A DNA stretch of 64,000 nt from Candidatus Omnitrophota bacterium. Its GTDB lineage: Bacteria > Omnitrophota > Gorgyraeia > JABMRN01 > RBG-13-46-9. This document shows positions 48,781 through 58,070 of this stretch, piece after piece (position 1 is the stretch's first letter; each line of letters begins with the position of its first letter). The notes beneath the pieces were generated by a model. It saw only the letters and a list, made by a program, of their open reading frames with translations. It ran no database searches and was not told the DNA's origin. The stretch is taken from the NCBI GenBank assembly GCA_043817155.1, contig JBDRHE010000059.1, forward strand, positions 97-64,096, in the 5' to 3' direction. Both the position numbers and the translations under genes were made by a program.

Positions 48781-50546
48781 TTTGATTCCAACAGTTGCAA
48801 CCTTGCCATCTGGTTAAAATGGCCGCCTATCTCAATTAGCTCGGAATACGCCCCTTCTTCGACTACTTTTCCGTTTTTTAACACATATATATAGTCGGCA
48901 TTAGCGATCGTTGAAAGACGATGGGCTATTACTACAATGGTGGTCTCCTTGGCGATTCTCTCAACAGCCTGTTGAATTAACCGTTCGGATCGCGTATCCA
49001 GCGAACTTGTAGCCTCATCTAGAATCAGAAGAACCGGCTCCCTAAGAATGGCCCTGGCAAGCGCTATTCTCTGGCATTGGCCGCCTGAAAGACAAATACC
49101 GCGATCCCCAACCATTGTACCGTAGCCCTTGGGAAACTCGCTTATGAATTCATCCGCATTGGCTAAAACGCAAGCGCGTTTGATACCTTCGTTTGTTGCG
49201 TCCTCCTTAGCCCAGAGAAGATTATCTTTGATGCTCATATTAAAGAGAACGCTCTCTTGAGGTACATAACCTATCCTTTTGCGATAAGAATCGATATTGA
49301 AGTCCCGTAAATCAACGCCGTCAAACATGATTCGGCCTTCTCTTGGCTCATTAAACCCCATGATCATATCAATAAGTGTTGACTTCCCTGAGCCTGATTC
49401 GCCTACGATCGCTACCATTTTTCCTTTTGGAATTTTTATACTAATATCTCTCAAAGCCAAATCATGATCAGGATAGGCAAATGAAACATTCTCAATGTAT
49501 ATAATTTTCTCGAATTTTATAAAAGAACGTTCACCTGATCCTTGCTTCAAGATCTCAGCCTCCGTCTTGAGCTTTTTAATCTGTTCGTAACTGGGACAAA
49601 AATTTGCTAACGCATTATTTTGAGTAATTATGGTTGCCAACAGCGGAATAACATATCGCAATGCCAAGAAGATAACGCCTATGTCCGATAAGGGTACCAT
49701 CAATCTTTTAGAAACCAAGAAACCTATTACAATGACCAATACACCAACTGGTTCATAAATAAGCGGGATCGACTCTTTAAGGGTATTCGCCTTCAGTACA
49801 ATTTTGCGTAAGGTATAAAGAGAGCGAGCGGTCTTTTCTATATTTTTTTTCTGATTTCCGAAACCAATTATCAGTTTAGCCAAACTTAAGCTCTCCTGCA
49901 TAACATGTGTTAATTCATTGGAACTGTTAGTCGCTTCCTTGCCAAGATTGTATCCTATGCCACTTAAATAATAAATAGGTGCAGCGAATAACAAACTCAC
50001 CATTAAGCTAATGGAAGTTACCTGCCAAGAGAGGTAAAATGGTATACTGAGATAGAATATTATCTGCAGAAAACAAGAAAGAAGCATTACCGCCGATCTA
50101 AAACCCTGCCCTACCATCTCCGTTTCGCGTGTCAATGTGTTAAACAGTGTCCCTTGCCTGTTACTGCTGAAAAATAACCATCGTGCCGAAAATATCTTCT
50201 CGAGAGTTTCGACAAAAATAGTGCGCCACACAACATTCCAAGTCTTTAGCGCCGTCCATCGTGCCAAAAGATAAAATGCATTTCTCAGGATCTGGAAGAG
50301 TAGAAAAAAAACAAGATAAGTACCCAGCGTAAGTGGTAATCCGAGGCTCTTGAATAATGTTACGATTTTTTGCGTAAGAACACTGATGCCTTGAGCTCCA
50401 GGGGACACAAAATAGTCAATAATGGGCGCAATGGAACAAAAAGACAACACCCCAAAGACGCTTACCGCAAGCAAAACCAGAGTATTAAGAATGAACAAAA
50501 AAGGAAATTTTTTAAATAGTTCGTAAAAGAATATAAGTACCTTCAT
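48777..50546 (-). CDS. ABC transporter, fused permease/ATPase (second MsbA-like exporter)
   Basis: Walker A GESGSGKST; signature LSGGQCQRIALARA; Walker B LLILDEATSSLD. Confidence 0.9.
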   Translation of the reverse strand: MKVLIFFYELFKKFPFLFILNTLVLLAVSVFGVLSFCSIAPIIDYFVSPGAQGISVLTQKIVTLFKSLGLPLTLGTYLVFFLLFQILRNAFYLLARWTALKTWNVVWRTIFVETLEKIFSARWLFFSSNRQGTLFNTLTRETEMVGQGFRSAVMLLSCFLQIIFYLSIPFYLSWQVTSISLMVSLLFAAPIYYLSGIGYNLGKEATNSSNELTHVMQESLSLAKLIIGFGNQKKNIEKTARSLYTLRKIVLKANTLKESIPLIYEPVGVLVIVIGFLVSKRLMVPLSDIGVIFLALRYVIPLLATIITQNNALANFCPSYEQIKKLKTEAEILKQGSGERSFIKFEKIIYIENVSFAYPDHDLALRDISIKIPKGKMVAIVGESGSGKSTLIDMIMGFNEPREGRIMFDGVDLRDFNIDSYRKRIGYVPQESVLFNMSIKDNLLWAKEDATNEGIKRACVLANADEFISEFPKGYGTMVGDRGICLSGGQCQRIALARAILREPVLLILDEATSSLDTRSERLIQQAVERIAKETTIVVIAHRLSTIANADYIYVLKNGKVVEEGAYSELIEIGGHFNQMARLQLLESK

Positions 50547-50570
50547 CCCTTTATCTTTCTATCTTCAAAG

Positions 50571-51515
50571 TTAGTCGATATCCATAAGATCCGTATACAC
50601 TTCCTGAAGAAGTGACGCGTTCGGATAATAATCCAAGAAATCCTTTACTGTCGAACGGTAGTCATTTTTATTTGTATCGGAAAAATAGTTTTTCCAAATA
50701 CCGATTTTTCCTGTCCAGCCACGCGGATACTTGGTTGAATTACTGCTGTTGTTCTCGGTATGCTTTTTGGCACCTTTTACAATTACGTTACACTTCTTCG
50801 CGCAATCCTGACTCACTGGAAATCCAACCAAGAAATTAGACATCACATTCAACGTCTCCTCTGTTTTTAAGACAAAGTCCTCGTATTTCAGTATCAGTGA
50901 CCTTTCTGCATTCCTGAAACGCAACCAATCAACCATCCAGCTGAGTGTCGCATTTAGATATCCTTCCCGTATCAAACATTGGAGGGATTCATTTATATCA
51001 ACTCCGTTTCTAAAAACCCATCCAGGAACCGGATAGACATTAGTCTTTACCCATCCGTTCTTTTCGTGCTCCTCTGCCGAAATAAGATAATCGCAAATGT
51101 TGCAATATAATGCAACAATCTGATCTGCAGGATGCCTTAACAGTATAATGTACTTAACTCCCAACAACTCTAAAACCTTCAGATTCTTGCCTGTCGCGCG
51201 TGTGTGAAATTTTAATACCCCTCCTTTCGGAAAGTCTTTTACCAATTCGGGCCGTAAATCCGAATCCCTGTTGGCGAGCATATATTTCGCATAGGACCTT
51301 GATTTCTTACTGACCATAGACAGAATCTCGGCGACGCATGAACCGATAACCGAAGAGGCGGACTTTGGTATAGCCGCTATAATTGTGAGGCGATCTTTAA
51401 AATAATTCTCTTTTAATTTTTTATTAGCTTCTTTGTTGGCTAGCAGATCCCTAATGGCCGCAATAACAGAAAACGGCAGATGTCTCATCTCGGGGATCTG
51501 GTTAGATCTTTTCAT
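50571..51515 (-). CDS. Putative sulfotransferase-like protein
   Basis: Degenerate 5'-PSB-like IIAAIPKSASSVIGS and 3'-PB-like YIILLRHPADQIV; tentative. Confidence 0.35.
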   Translation of the reverse strand: MKRSNQIPEMRHLPFSVIAAIRDLLANKEANKKLKENYFKDRLTIIAAIPKSASSVIGSCVAEILSMVSKKSRSYAKYMLANRDSDLRPELVKDFPKGGVLKFHTRATGKNLKVLELLGVKYIILLRHPADQIVALYCNICDYLISAEEHEKNGWVKTNVYPVPGWVFRNGVDINESLQCLIREGYLNATLSWMVDWLRFRNAERSLILKYEDFVLKTEETLNVMSNFLVGFPVSQDCAKKCNVIVKGAKKHTENNSSNSTKYPRGWTGKIGIWKNYFSDTNKNDYRSTVKDFLDYYPNASLLQEVYTDLMDID

Positions 51516-52732
51516 CCCAATAACTCCTTATTCTGACGTAAAAATTCCGAGCCAATCCGCAAAAGAAAGAGTTTATTTAGGTAGCTGGGTTTAAATAGAG
51601 ACCAGAAGCTACGCTGGAGCTCCTCATCCTCTTCTGTGGTTCTCCATCTTCCGTTCAAACGATCATCCATCTCACGAACCATATCAGCGATCTCCTCCGG
51701 TGTATTGTCAACCACCTCTATCCCTTCCTCAGCAAAATGCTCGGTCATAATGAACCTGCCCACACCGGAATCTATGACCTCCCGGAATGTTAATAAACGG
51801 TCCTCGCCTTTCCTACGATACTTCTTGGCAATTAAGAGCCCCCTGGAATCCCATGTAGGAATATACTCAAGGGGAGCTAGGTTTGACCACGCTATCGGCT
51901 TTCGAAAAATCCATGGAACTGTAACAAGGCCCGAGGCAGAACTTATAAAGAATCTGCAATTGGCGCATAGATAGATATCCAGAAAATCGTCTCTACACTT
52001 TGTCGCATAATCTATAATTCTCGGGTTCTTAACTCTTAGTGGCGCATTAACAGCGGCGCCCATTCTCACAACAAAGTATCCACGCATGACCAACTCTTCG
52101 GCCGTCAAGATATAATTTTCTACATCCACATCCTTGTAATCCTGATAGCTTGAATCAAGCTTTGGATGAATTTTGTCAAGATAGGCCGAATCCCTTGCAT
52201 GAAAACAGACAAAGGGAACACCTTGTGGGATTCCCAACTCTCTCAACTTCTTCTCCCCAATCTCAGTCTCCTTTTTGGTAAAGAAGAGGTGGGGCGATCT
52301 CAAGCAGTAACCACTTATATCCCTATCCGTAGGCAATTCGATGGTGTGCAATTTTCCACCCGGCAAAAATCTGTTAACCTTATCTAGAACGTGTGCATAC
52401 TGAAATATATGTATGTGGCGGCCCAGCATCCTCTTAAGCTGTTGATTGCATACCTCATACATAGACTGTAAATAGAAGATGTCTATCGTTCTCTTGCCGT
52501 ACTCATCATCATCACGTTTGCAAAGATAATGTTCCGTTTGAGCGGCGAAGTGGCCGATTCTACTGCTTGCCAGAAATCCAAAACGCATAGTGATGATAGG
52601 GCGCAATAGCCGCACAATGATAACGATTAAGAATGCCGGAGGCATCGATAATAGGATAGCGCACTTTTGCCTAAAGACACGCAATCCACCATTGGTTATC
52701 ATTCTTATTTGGCGCTTAAAAAACTCTGTCAC
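51512..52732 (-). CDS. Hypothetical protein with N-terminal TM helix, possible GT-B-like glycosyltransferase
   Basis: Hydrophobic N-terminus; no firm motif. Confidence 0.3.
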   Translation of the reverse strand: MTEFFKRQIRMITNGGLRVFRQKCAILLSMPPAFLIVIIVRLLRPIITMRFGFLASSRIGHFAAQTEHYLCKRDDDEYGKRTIDIFYLQSMYEVCNQQLKRMLGRHIHIFQYAHVLDKVNRFLPGGKLHTIELPTDRDISGYCLRSPHLFFTKKETEIGEKKLRELGIPQGVPFVCFHARDSAYLDKIHPKLDSSYQDYKDVDVENYILTAEELVMRGYFVVRMGAAVNAPLRVKNPRIIDYATKCRDDFLDIYLCANCRFFISSASGLVTVPWIFRKPIAWSNLAPLEYIPTWDSRGLLIAKKYRRKGEDRLLTFREVIDSGVGRFIMTEHFAEEGIEVVDNTPEEIADMVREMDDRLNGRWRTTEEDEELQRSFWSLFKPSYLNKLFLLRIGSEFLRQNKELLG

Positions 52733-52748
52733 TATTCTCTCCGATCAA

Positions 52749-53957
52749 TCAAACATCCACTTTAAGATTTTCTCGATTCGACTTTCTTATAACGATATAG
52801 TGATACGGTGTTCCCCACAGATTGCTTACATACTCTGTCCCGTGGTATGCAGATATCAAGTCCTTCAGTTCTCTGCCTCTGAGAGCATCATACAACTCTT
52901 TCATCTCAGAATTAAAAGACCGCACTCGTTCATCTTTACACTTCATAAGGTATTCATCTAAAGCGACCGGATACGCTATGGGCTGGGCAGTAAGGTTGCC
53001 GTCCTTCGTCCGCCTTGAAATCTCCCTTATCAAAAGAGAGACCGAATTGATCACCTCGGTTGTAGCGGGTTCGATTTCCGCACGCGATGAATAGAATCCT
53101 GTAAGAAAGAATGGAAATACCGCTGACCAGTTAGCGAGAATTCTTTTGTTCAGACTGCCTGAATTGGGGATATTCTTGTACCAGGAGAAATGATCGAAGG
53201 TACTCCACTTGGGTGAAGATGAATAGAATTTCGCATCATATTCTTTCGCCAATGAAAGAAGTTCGGAATAACTCCATAGGTACCGATCGCAGTAGAATGG
53301 GTTCACAAGACCATCCTTCCACCAAATTTCGAAAGAACGTGTGGTATTCAGTCGTGAATAATCCTGGCCATACAGATCCCTGGCTAGCTTACAAGAAGCC
53401 TTGCTACGAACATTCTTAATTCCTGCCAACTTGCATGCCCGCCAAAGCATAAGACGCCTCGTAAATTCAAGAAGGCTTCCATAACGATCTATGAATGAGA
53501 TAACCGCCAGTCCCCCCGGCACCAACGTTCTCAAGATCTTATGAACCATTCGATCCCGATTATCGAGCGTAAAGAGAAACCCTTCGGCAAGAACAATATC
53601 GTACGACATTTTGGGTGCAAAGCTCGCGAGATCATTCTTCTCCAATGAAACGATTCTATCCTGAAAGCCGAAACTCTTAAAGAGCATCTTGAGTCTTGGC
53701 AGCACCTGCCCATTCGGTTCCACCAGCGTGAGATCCGCTCCTAAAGAGGCAAGAACAAGCGCATTCTCTCCTGAATTGCATCCTATCTCAAGAACTGAAC
53801 GCCCCTTTATTAGCGAAAGAGGGATGTTCAAATGGCGCTCATACAGGTTGCACCTTTTTTGGAAGTGAGCGTTCCACTCCTTCCGGTCTCTGAGTTCAAT
53901 CGGTACCGGATTAAAGTTGTTACTTTGATAGTATTTCAATAAAGATTCTCTTGGCAT
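52749..53957 (-). CDS. Class I SAM-dependent methyltransferase with long C-terminal extension
   Basis: VLEIGCNSGENALVLASLGADLTLVEP motif I and post-I. Confidence 0.65.
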   Translation of the reverse strand: MPRESLLKYYQSNNFNPVPIELRDRKEWNAHFQKRCNLYERHLNIPLSLIKGRSVLEIGCNSGENALVLASLGADLTLVEPNGQVLPRLKMLFKSFGFQDRIVSLEKNDLASFAPKMSYDIVLAEGFLFTLDNRDRMVHKILRTLVPGGLAVISFIDRYGSLLEFTRRLMLWRACKLAGIKNVRSKASCKLARDLYGQDYSRLNTTRSFEIWWKDGLVNPFYCDRYLWSYSELLSLAKEYDAKFYSSSPKWSTFDHFSWYKNIPNSGSLNKRILANWSAVFPFFLTGFYSSRAEIEPATTEVINSVSLLIREISRRTKDGNLTAQPIAYPVALDEYLMKCKDERVRSFNSEMKELYDALRGRELKDLISAYHGTEYVSNLWGTPYHYIVIRKSNRENLKVDV

Positions 53958-53990
53958 CGGTTTTCTTTCCGGTTAATATTTAGCCTGCTA

Positions 53991-54665
53991 TCATACCCCT
54001 TTACGCTTACCGCAACCAATGGCTATTAAGTAGTGCGCCATTGGCCTAAAACCTGTGTGGATCACTTCATCGTTTGCCCCAAAGATAAAGACATTTGAAA
54101 AATATTGTCTCATCCTATCTTCAATCCGATCACCAGAGAAAAGATTGACATGACCGGCTTTCGTTATATCTTTTGCAAAGACTTGTGAAGTTACATTTGG
54201 TGTCCCTATGATAGCGATCCCATCTGGGTTAAGACAGTCAACGCACTCTTTGAAGAATCTGGACTCATTCTCGGGCAATATATGTTCTATAACATCGAGA
54301 ATAACCAAAGCATCACATTGGTCCTGTTTTCTATTTAAAAAATCGGAACATTCGAATGACACCCTGGGATCCTTCCAGTTCTTATTGCCGATATCTATTG
54401 AATCTTTATCCATGTCTATACCCTTTGCCTGGCCGCACTCAGTAGCCAGAAGCCAGGTACCGAGCCCCTCACCGCACCCAACGTCAAGCACGCGCTTGCA
54501 TGTGCCGATCACCTTTGCGGCAAATTTATAATAGCTCATCGAATAGAGAATCCTTCTGGGGCTACTCTTAAATTGGTAAGATAGATATCTTCCGAGTATA
54601 ACCTTGTCGTCTCCCATCAGCTCTTTCACGGATTCCCACTTTGATCTTTTACCGCAATCGCTCAT
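53991..54665 (-). CDS. Class I SAM-dependent methyltransferase (tandem paralog 1)
   Basis: VLDVGCGEGLGTWLL; VILDVIEHI; C-terminal VIHTGFRPMAHYLIAIGCGKR shared with the neighbouring paralog. Confidence 0.75.
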   Translation of the reverse strand: MSDCGKRSKWESVKELMGDDKVILGRYLSYQFKSSPRRILYSMSYYKFAAKVIGTCKRVLDVGCGEGLGTWLLATECGQAKGIDMDKDSIDIGNKNWKDPRVSFECSDFLNRKQDQCDALVILDVIEHILPENESRFFKECVDCLNPDGIAIIGTPNVTSQVFAKDITKAGHVNLFSGDRIEDRMRQYFSNVFIFGANDEVIHTGFRPMAHYLIAIGCGKRKGV

Positions 54666-55348
54666 AGCGAATATTCCGATCTTTTGTTACAACCTATGCA
54701 TACTAGATAATGCGCCATCTCCGTATAACCTGTATGTACCACCTCGTCATTGATCCCGAAAAGAAATACGTTTCTGAATATTCCTTGCATGGAGGTTTTC
54801 AAACGGGATGAGTCGAACATGTTAAGATGGCCTTCCTTACTCGCGGGTGACGCATAGGCTCGAGCTCTTATGTTAGGTGTACCGACAATGCCTATACCGT
54901 CCTCTTTTAAGTTGCTATAAATAGTGTCAAAGAAACGCTGTTCGCTTGATAGCGCTATATGTTCAACGACGTCTAAGCTTACAACCGTATCAAATTGGCC
55001 ATAAACTCGTCCCAGGAAATCATCTTTCATGAATGATATACGGTCGTTTGACCAGTTTTGCGTTGCTACCTCTATCGCGCTTACATCGGAATCTACACCT
55101 CTGTAACTCTTGGCAAATTCTGTTAGTATCGGAACGCCCATTCCTTCGCTGCACCCCAGCTCCAGGATGCTTCTGTCCTTAGACCCCACCTTAGCGGCAA
55201 ACTTATATCTGGAAAGGACGAAAGCCAGACGTTTGGGATCGTTCTTAAGATTGTAGGACCAATGTCGTCCGAGCGTCATCTGGCGATCACCAAGCATGTC
55301 TTTAACCCTTCTCCATACCGCTTTCTCGTTAATACCCTTATTACTCAT
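54662..55348 (-). CDS. Class I SAM-dependent methyltransferase (tandem paralog 2)
   Basis: ILELGCSEGMGVPIL; VSLDVVEHI; VVHTGYTEMAHYLVCIGCNKR. Confidence 0.75.
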   Translation of the reverse strand: MSNKGINEKAVWRRVKDMLGDRQMTLGRHWSYNLKNDPKRLAFVLSRYKFAAKVGSKDRSILELGCSEGMGVPILTEFAKSYRGVDSDVSAIEVATQNWSNDRISFMKDDFLGRVYGQFDTVVSLDVVEHIALSSEQRFFDTIYSNLKEDGIGIVGTPNIRARAYASPASKEGHLNMFDSSRLKTSMQGIFRNVFLFGINDEVVHTGYTEMAHYLVCIGCNKRSEYSL

Positions 55349-56285
55349 TGCTTATGCCCTTCCAGTTTGCCGCGACACGTTCTATGCAATCTGAAATTGG
55401 CGTAAAACCTATATCAGTTTCTCGTACTAATCGCTCTGTGCGCATGCTGGTATTCTTGGGACGCATAGTATTGAATCCGATTTCGTCTAATGAAACTCGA
55501 GAGATCTTACGGGTATCGCATCCCAGCGCTCTTGCCATCTCTATTGCCAGATCATACCGCGACCACCTCTCGGGCGAGCATACATTTACTACCCCGCAAA
55601 TCCCCCTGCTTTGCAGATCTGCCACCACCCTGACCAGATCTGATCTAAGCGTGGGGCAGAATATCTGATCATGGGCAGCCCTGATAGTACCGCCGGACAT
55701 AAGGATCCCTGCCATCTCGTCAAGCAGCGTGCCATCGTTTCTATTTAGCGAAAAGATCTTGCTCAGACGGATAATCAGGTAGTTTCCTTCGGTAATTTCG
55801 TCTATCTTCTTTTCAACCTCGGCCTTATGCCTGCCATACTCTACTATGGGAGATCTATCTGATTTATCCCTATAACCGCCTGAATAGCCATCAAATACAC
55901 AATCGCTCGAAGTAAATATGGGTTTCATACCTGAAGCAGCAAGTTGTCTAATAAGCTCAAGGGTACCATCAACATTAACTTTTCTGCTAAACTCCTTATT
56001 CTTTTCGCATTCAGAAATATCCGTGATCCCGGCAAGTATGAGAGCGTCTTTATAGCCTCTCTCCTTAAGCTTGAGACGACTTGTGTTCACCTCGAGAAGA
56101 TCCAATCGAGAGTCGCTTTGCTCTTCCTTTCTGCGAACTGTGCCTACACAATCTCGATGACTGGTCCGATAAGCTTCGAAGAAAGCAGAACCTAAATACC
56201 CGGACCTGCCTATTATTACGGTCTTGGGCAGTTCCAGTGGCAACTGCAAGTCGCTTAGTTTCTTTGCACCCTCTTTTATAAACAC
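55341..56285 (-). CDS. RmlD-like NAD(P)-dependent sugar-nucleotide reductase (SDR fold)
   Basis: VIIGRSGYLGSAF Rossmann motif; YGRHK (YxxxK); overall RmlD_sub_bind-like organisation. Confidence 0.6.
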   Translation of the reverse strand: MFIKEGAKKLSDLQLPLELPKTVIIGRSGYLGSAFFEAYRTSHRDCVGTVRRKEEQSDSRLDLLEVNTSRLKLKERGYKDALILAGITDISECEKNKEFSRKVNVDGTLELIRQLAASGMKPIFTSSDCVFDGYSGGYRDKSDRSPIVEYGRHKAEVEKKIDEITEGNYLIIRLSKIFSLNRNDGTLLDEMAGILMSGGTIRAAHDQIFCPTLRSDLVRVVADLQSRGICGVVNVCSPERWSRYDLAIEMARALGCDTRKISRVSLDEIGFNTMRPKNTSMRTERLVRETDIGFTPISDCIERVAANWKGISNE

Positions 56286-56289
56286 GCTT

Positions 56290-57051
56290 CTACTCCTTTA
56301 TAACATACGCTGCCGGGGCATTGGTCCATGACAGTGTCTTAATCTTGAATCCCTGCTTTCCCCCGAAAAACTCATCAACGGCTCTCGTCTCTCCTTGCCA
56401 TTCCGGCATCGAATATTCATCAAATAGCATAAGGCCGCCTGGCGAAAGAATCGGCCAGAGAGATTGGAGGGCCACTTTTGTAGGTTTATAAAGATCGCAG
56501 TCAAAATGAATCAATGAAAATCGAACCCCGCTATTTTCATTGACGAAATTAGGAACGGTCTCTTCTATGTCGCCCCTTACGAGTTTTATACGGGATTTCC
56601 ACGGTATAAATCTGTCCTCGTCAAATATCGCGATCGCCTCCCGGAGCTCCTCATAGTATTTGTCCGGGCTGAATCCTCCTTCAAACTTTTCAACCTCATC
56701 GGCGCTCTTGCCATCCTCAGGAGCAAGTTCACCAAAACCTTTCCAGTTATCGAACCCATAAACGACCTTCGTGCGGTCACCGATACAATAGGCCTCCAGA
56801 AGATTGGCCCAGGTCATAAGACCTAGGCCCCTGAAAACTCCGAGTTCCGCGATATCTCCTGGAACCTCAAGGGTCTTCTTGAAGAGTTCCGCATGCGCCA
56901 GGAATCTCTTGAGCCATTGCCTGCGAGCCAAAACGGGAAATAGCTTAACTGCATTCAAGGGGTCAATATGAAATTTCCGGCAGAAGTCCTCTATTCTGTC
57001 CTCTATGCTGGAATCCACCCCAGTCTTCTTAAATCCGTCAAACTCTCTCAT
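56290..57051 (-). CDS. Class I SAM-dependent O-methyltransferase, TylF/MycF (macrocin-OMT) family-like
   Basis: IAELGVFRGLGLM motif I; acidic residues D...D typical of metal-dependent sugar O-MTs. Confidence 0.55.
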   Translation of the reverse strand: MREFDGFKKTGVDSSIEDRIEDFCRKFHIDPLNAVKLFPVLARRQWLKRFLAHAELFKKTLEVPGDIAELGVFRGLGLMTWANLLEAYCIGDRTKVVYGFDNWKGFGELAPEDGKSADEVEKFEGGFSPDKYYEELREAIAIFDEDRFIPWKSRIKLVRGDIEETVPNFVNENSGVRFSLIHFDCDLYKPTKVALQSLWPILSPGGLMLFDEYSMPEWQGETRAVDEFFGGKQGFKIKTLSWTNAPAAYVIKE

Positions 57052-58057
57052 ATTTAGCAGCCTCCTTCAAATTGAATATATTGTACGCGTCTAATGGTTT
57101 AGGCCTATCTACGTTAGGCATAATATACGTATCAATAAACTCCTTGCTCTCCCCGCACAAACAGGACGGGTATTCCCCGTTAAACCAGGCGCTGCTTAAT
57201 AAACTTTCGCGCATCTCGCCAAGTGTTTTGTCGCGAATATTTCCAAGTGTAAACTGCATAAAATTGCAGGGAAGAAAGTGTCCGTCTGCAGATAACGCCA
57301 TAAATTCAGTGCCCGCAGGACAGTGGTCTTTCTCTCCGGAGTATATATCCCTATTCACCATTCTCTGCCCGTTCTTTAGCACCGGGGAATCTATCTGGAG
57401 TTGCTTAATATATCTGGAGTCTTCGGGGTTTACAAGGAGCTCTCTTCTGCCATCCCACTTGCCCCACGGCTCCGCTATCTGTACCTCCAGTCGTATACCT
57501 TTGGACTTAGCGTATTCATATGCTTTCTTAAAGCCGGTGTTATATAGCGATTTGTGCGTTACAACAATAGAGATTGAAACCAATAGCCCTTCTGACAACA
57601 CATAATCTATAGATTCAAGCACCCTCTTATAAGAGCCGGTCCTCCTGTTTGCATCATGTTCCTCCTCTATACCGGAATCGAGACTGAAAGCGATCTTATC
57701 AACCTTGAGACTCTTAAGCCAACGAATCTTATCCAGAGACATATTCCATCCGTTTGTAACGACGTTCAGATAGGTCTCGTCCGGATAACAAGAACGCAGT
57801 ATCGTTTCAAGGCGTTCAGGATCTTCAATCGGCTCGCCTCCCTGAAATACATAGTGGAATACTCCCAGGTTATATGCTTCGTCCAAAGTACTCTTCAATA
57901 TGTTCATTTCTACAGGCTTTACATGTGCAAAGGTTTCGGCGTAACAGTGAGTACACCTCATATTGCAGCGGGGAGTAACGTCAAGCGCAATAGTCCTTAA
58001 GGCCCCATTCTTATGTTCGTATTGCTTTTTATGTAACCTATTTTTTTCAGAATACAT
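57038..58057 (-). CDS. Radical SAM / SPASM-domain enzyme
   Basis: TPRCNMRCTHCYAE; C-terminal CPAGTEFMALSADGHFLPCNFMQF...CLCGE. Confidence 0.8.
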   Translation of the reverse strand: MYSEKNRLHKKQYEHKNGALRTIALDVTPRCNMRCTHCYAETFAHVKPVEMNILKSTLDEAYNLGVFHYVFQGGEPIEDPERLETILRSCYPDETYLNVVTNGWNMSLDKIRWLKSLKVDKIAFSLDSGIEEEHDANRRTGSYKRVLESIDYVLSEGLLVSISIVVTHKSLYNTGFKKAYEYAKSKGIRLEVQIAEPWGKWDGRRELLVNPEDSRYIKQLQIDSPVLKNGQRMVNRDIYSGEKDHCPAGTEFMALSADGHFLPCNFMQFTLGNIRDKTLGEMRESLLSSAWFNGEYPSCLCGESKEFIDTYIMPNVDRPKPLDAYNIFNLKEAAKYERV

Positions 58058-58070
58058 GCCTTACTTCCTC

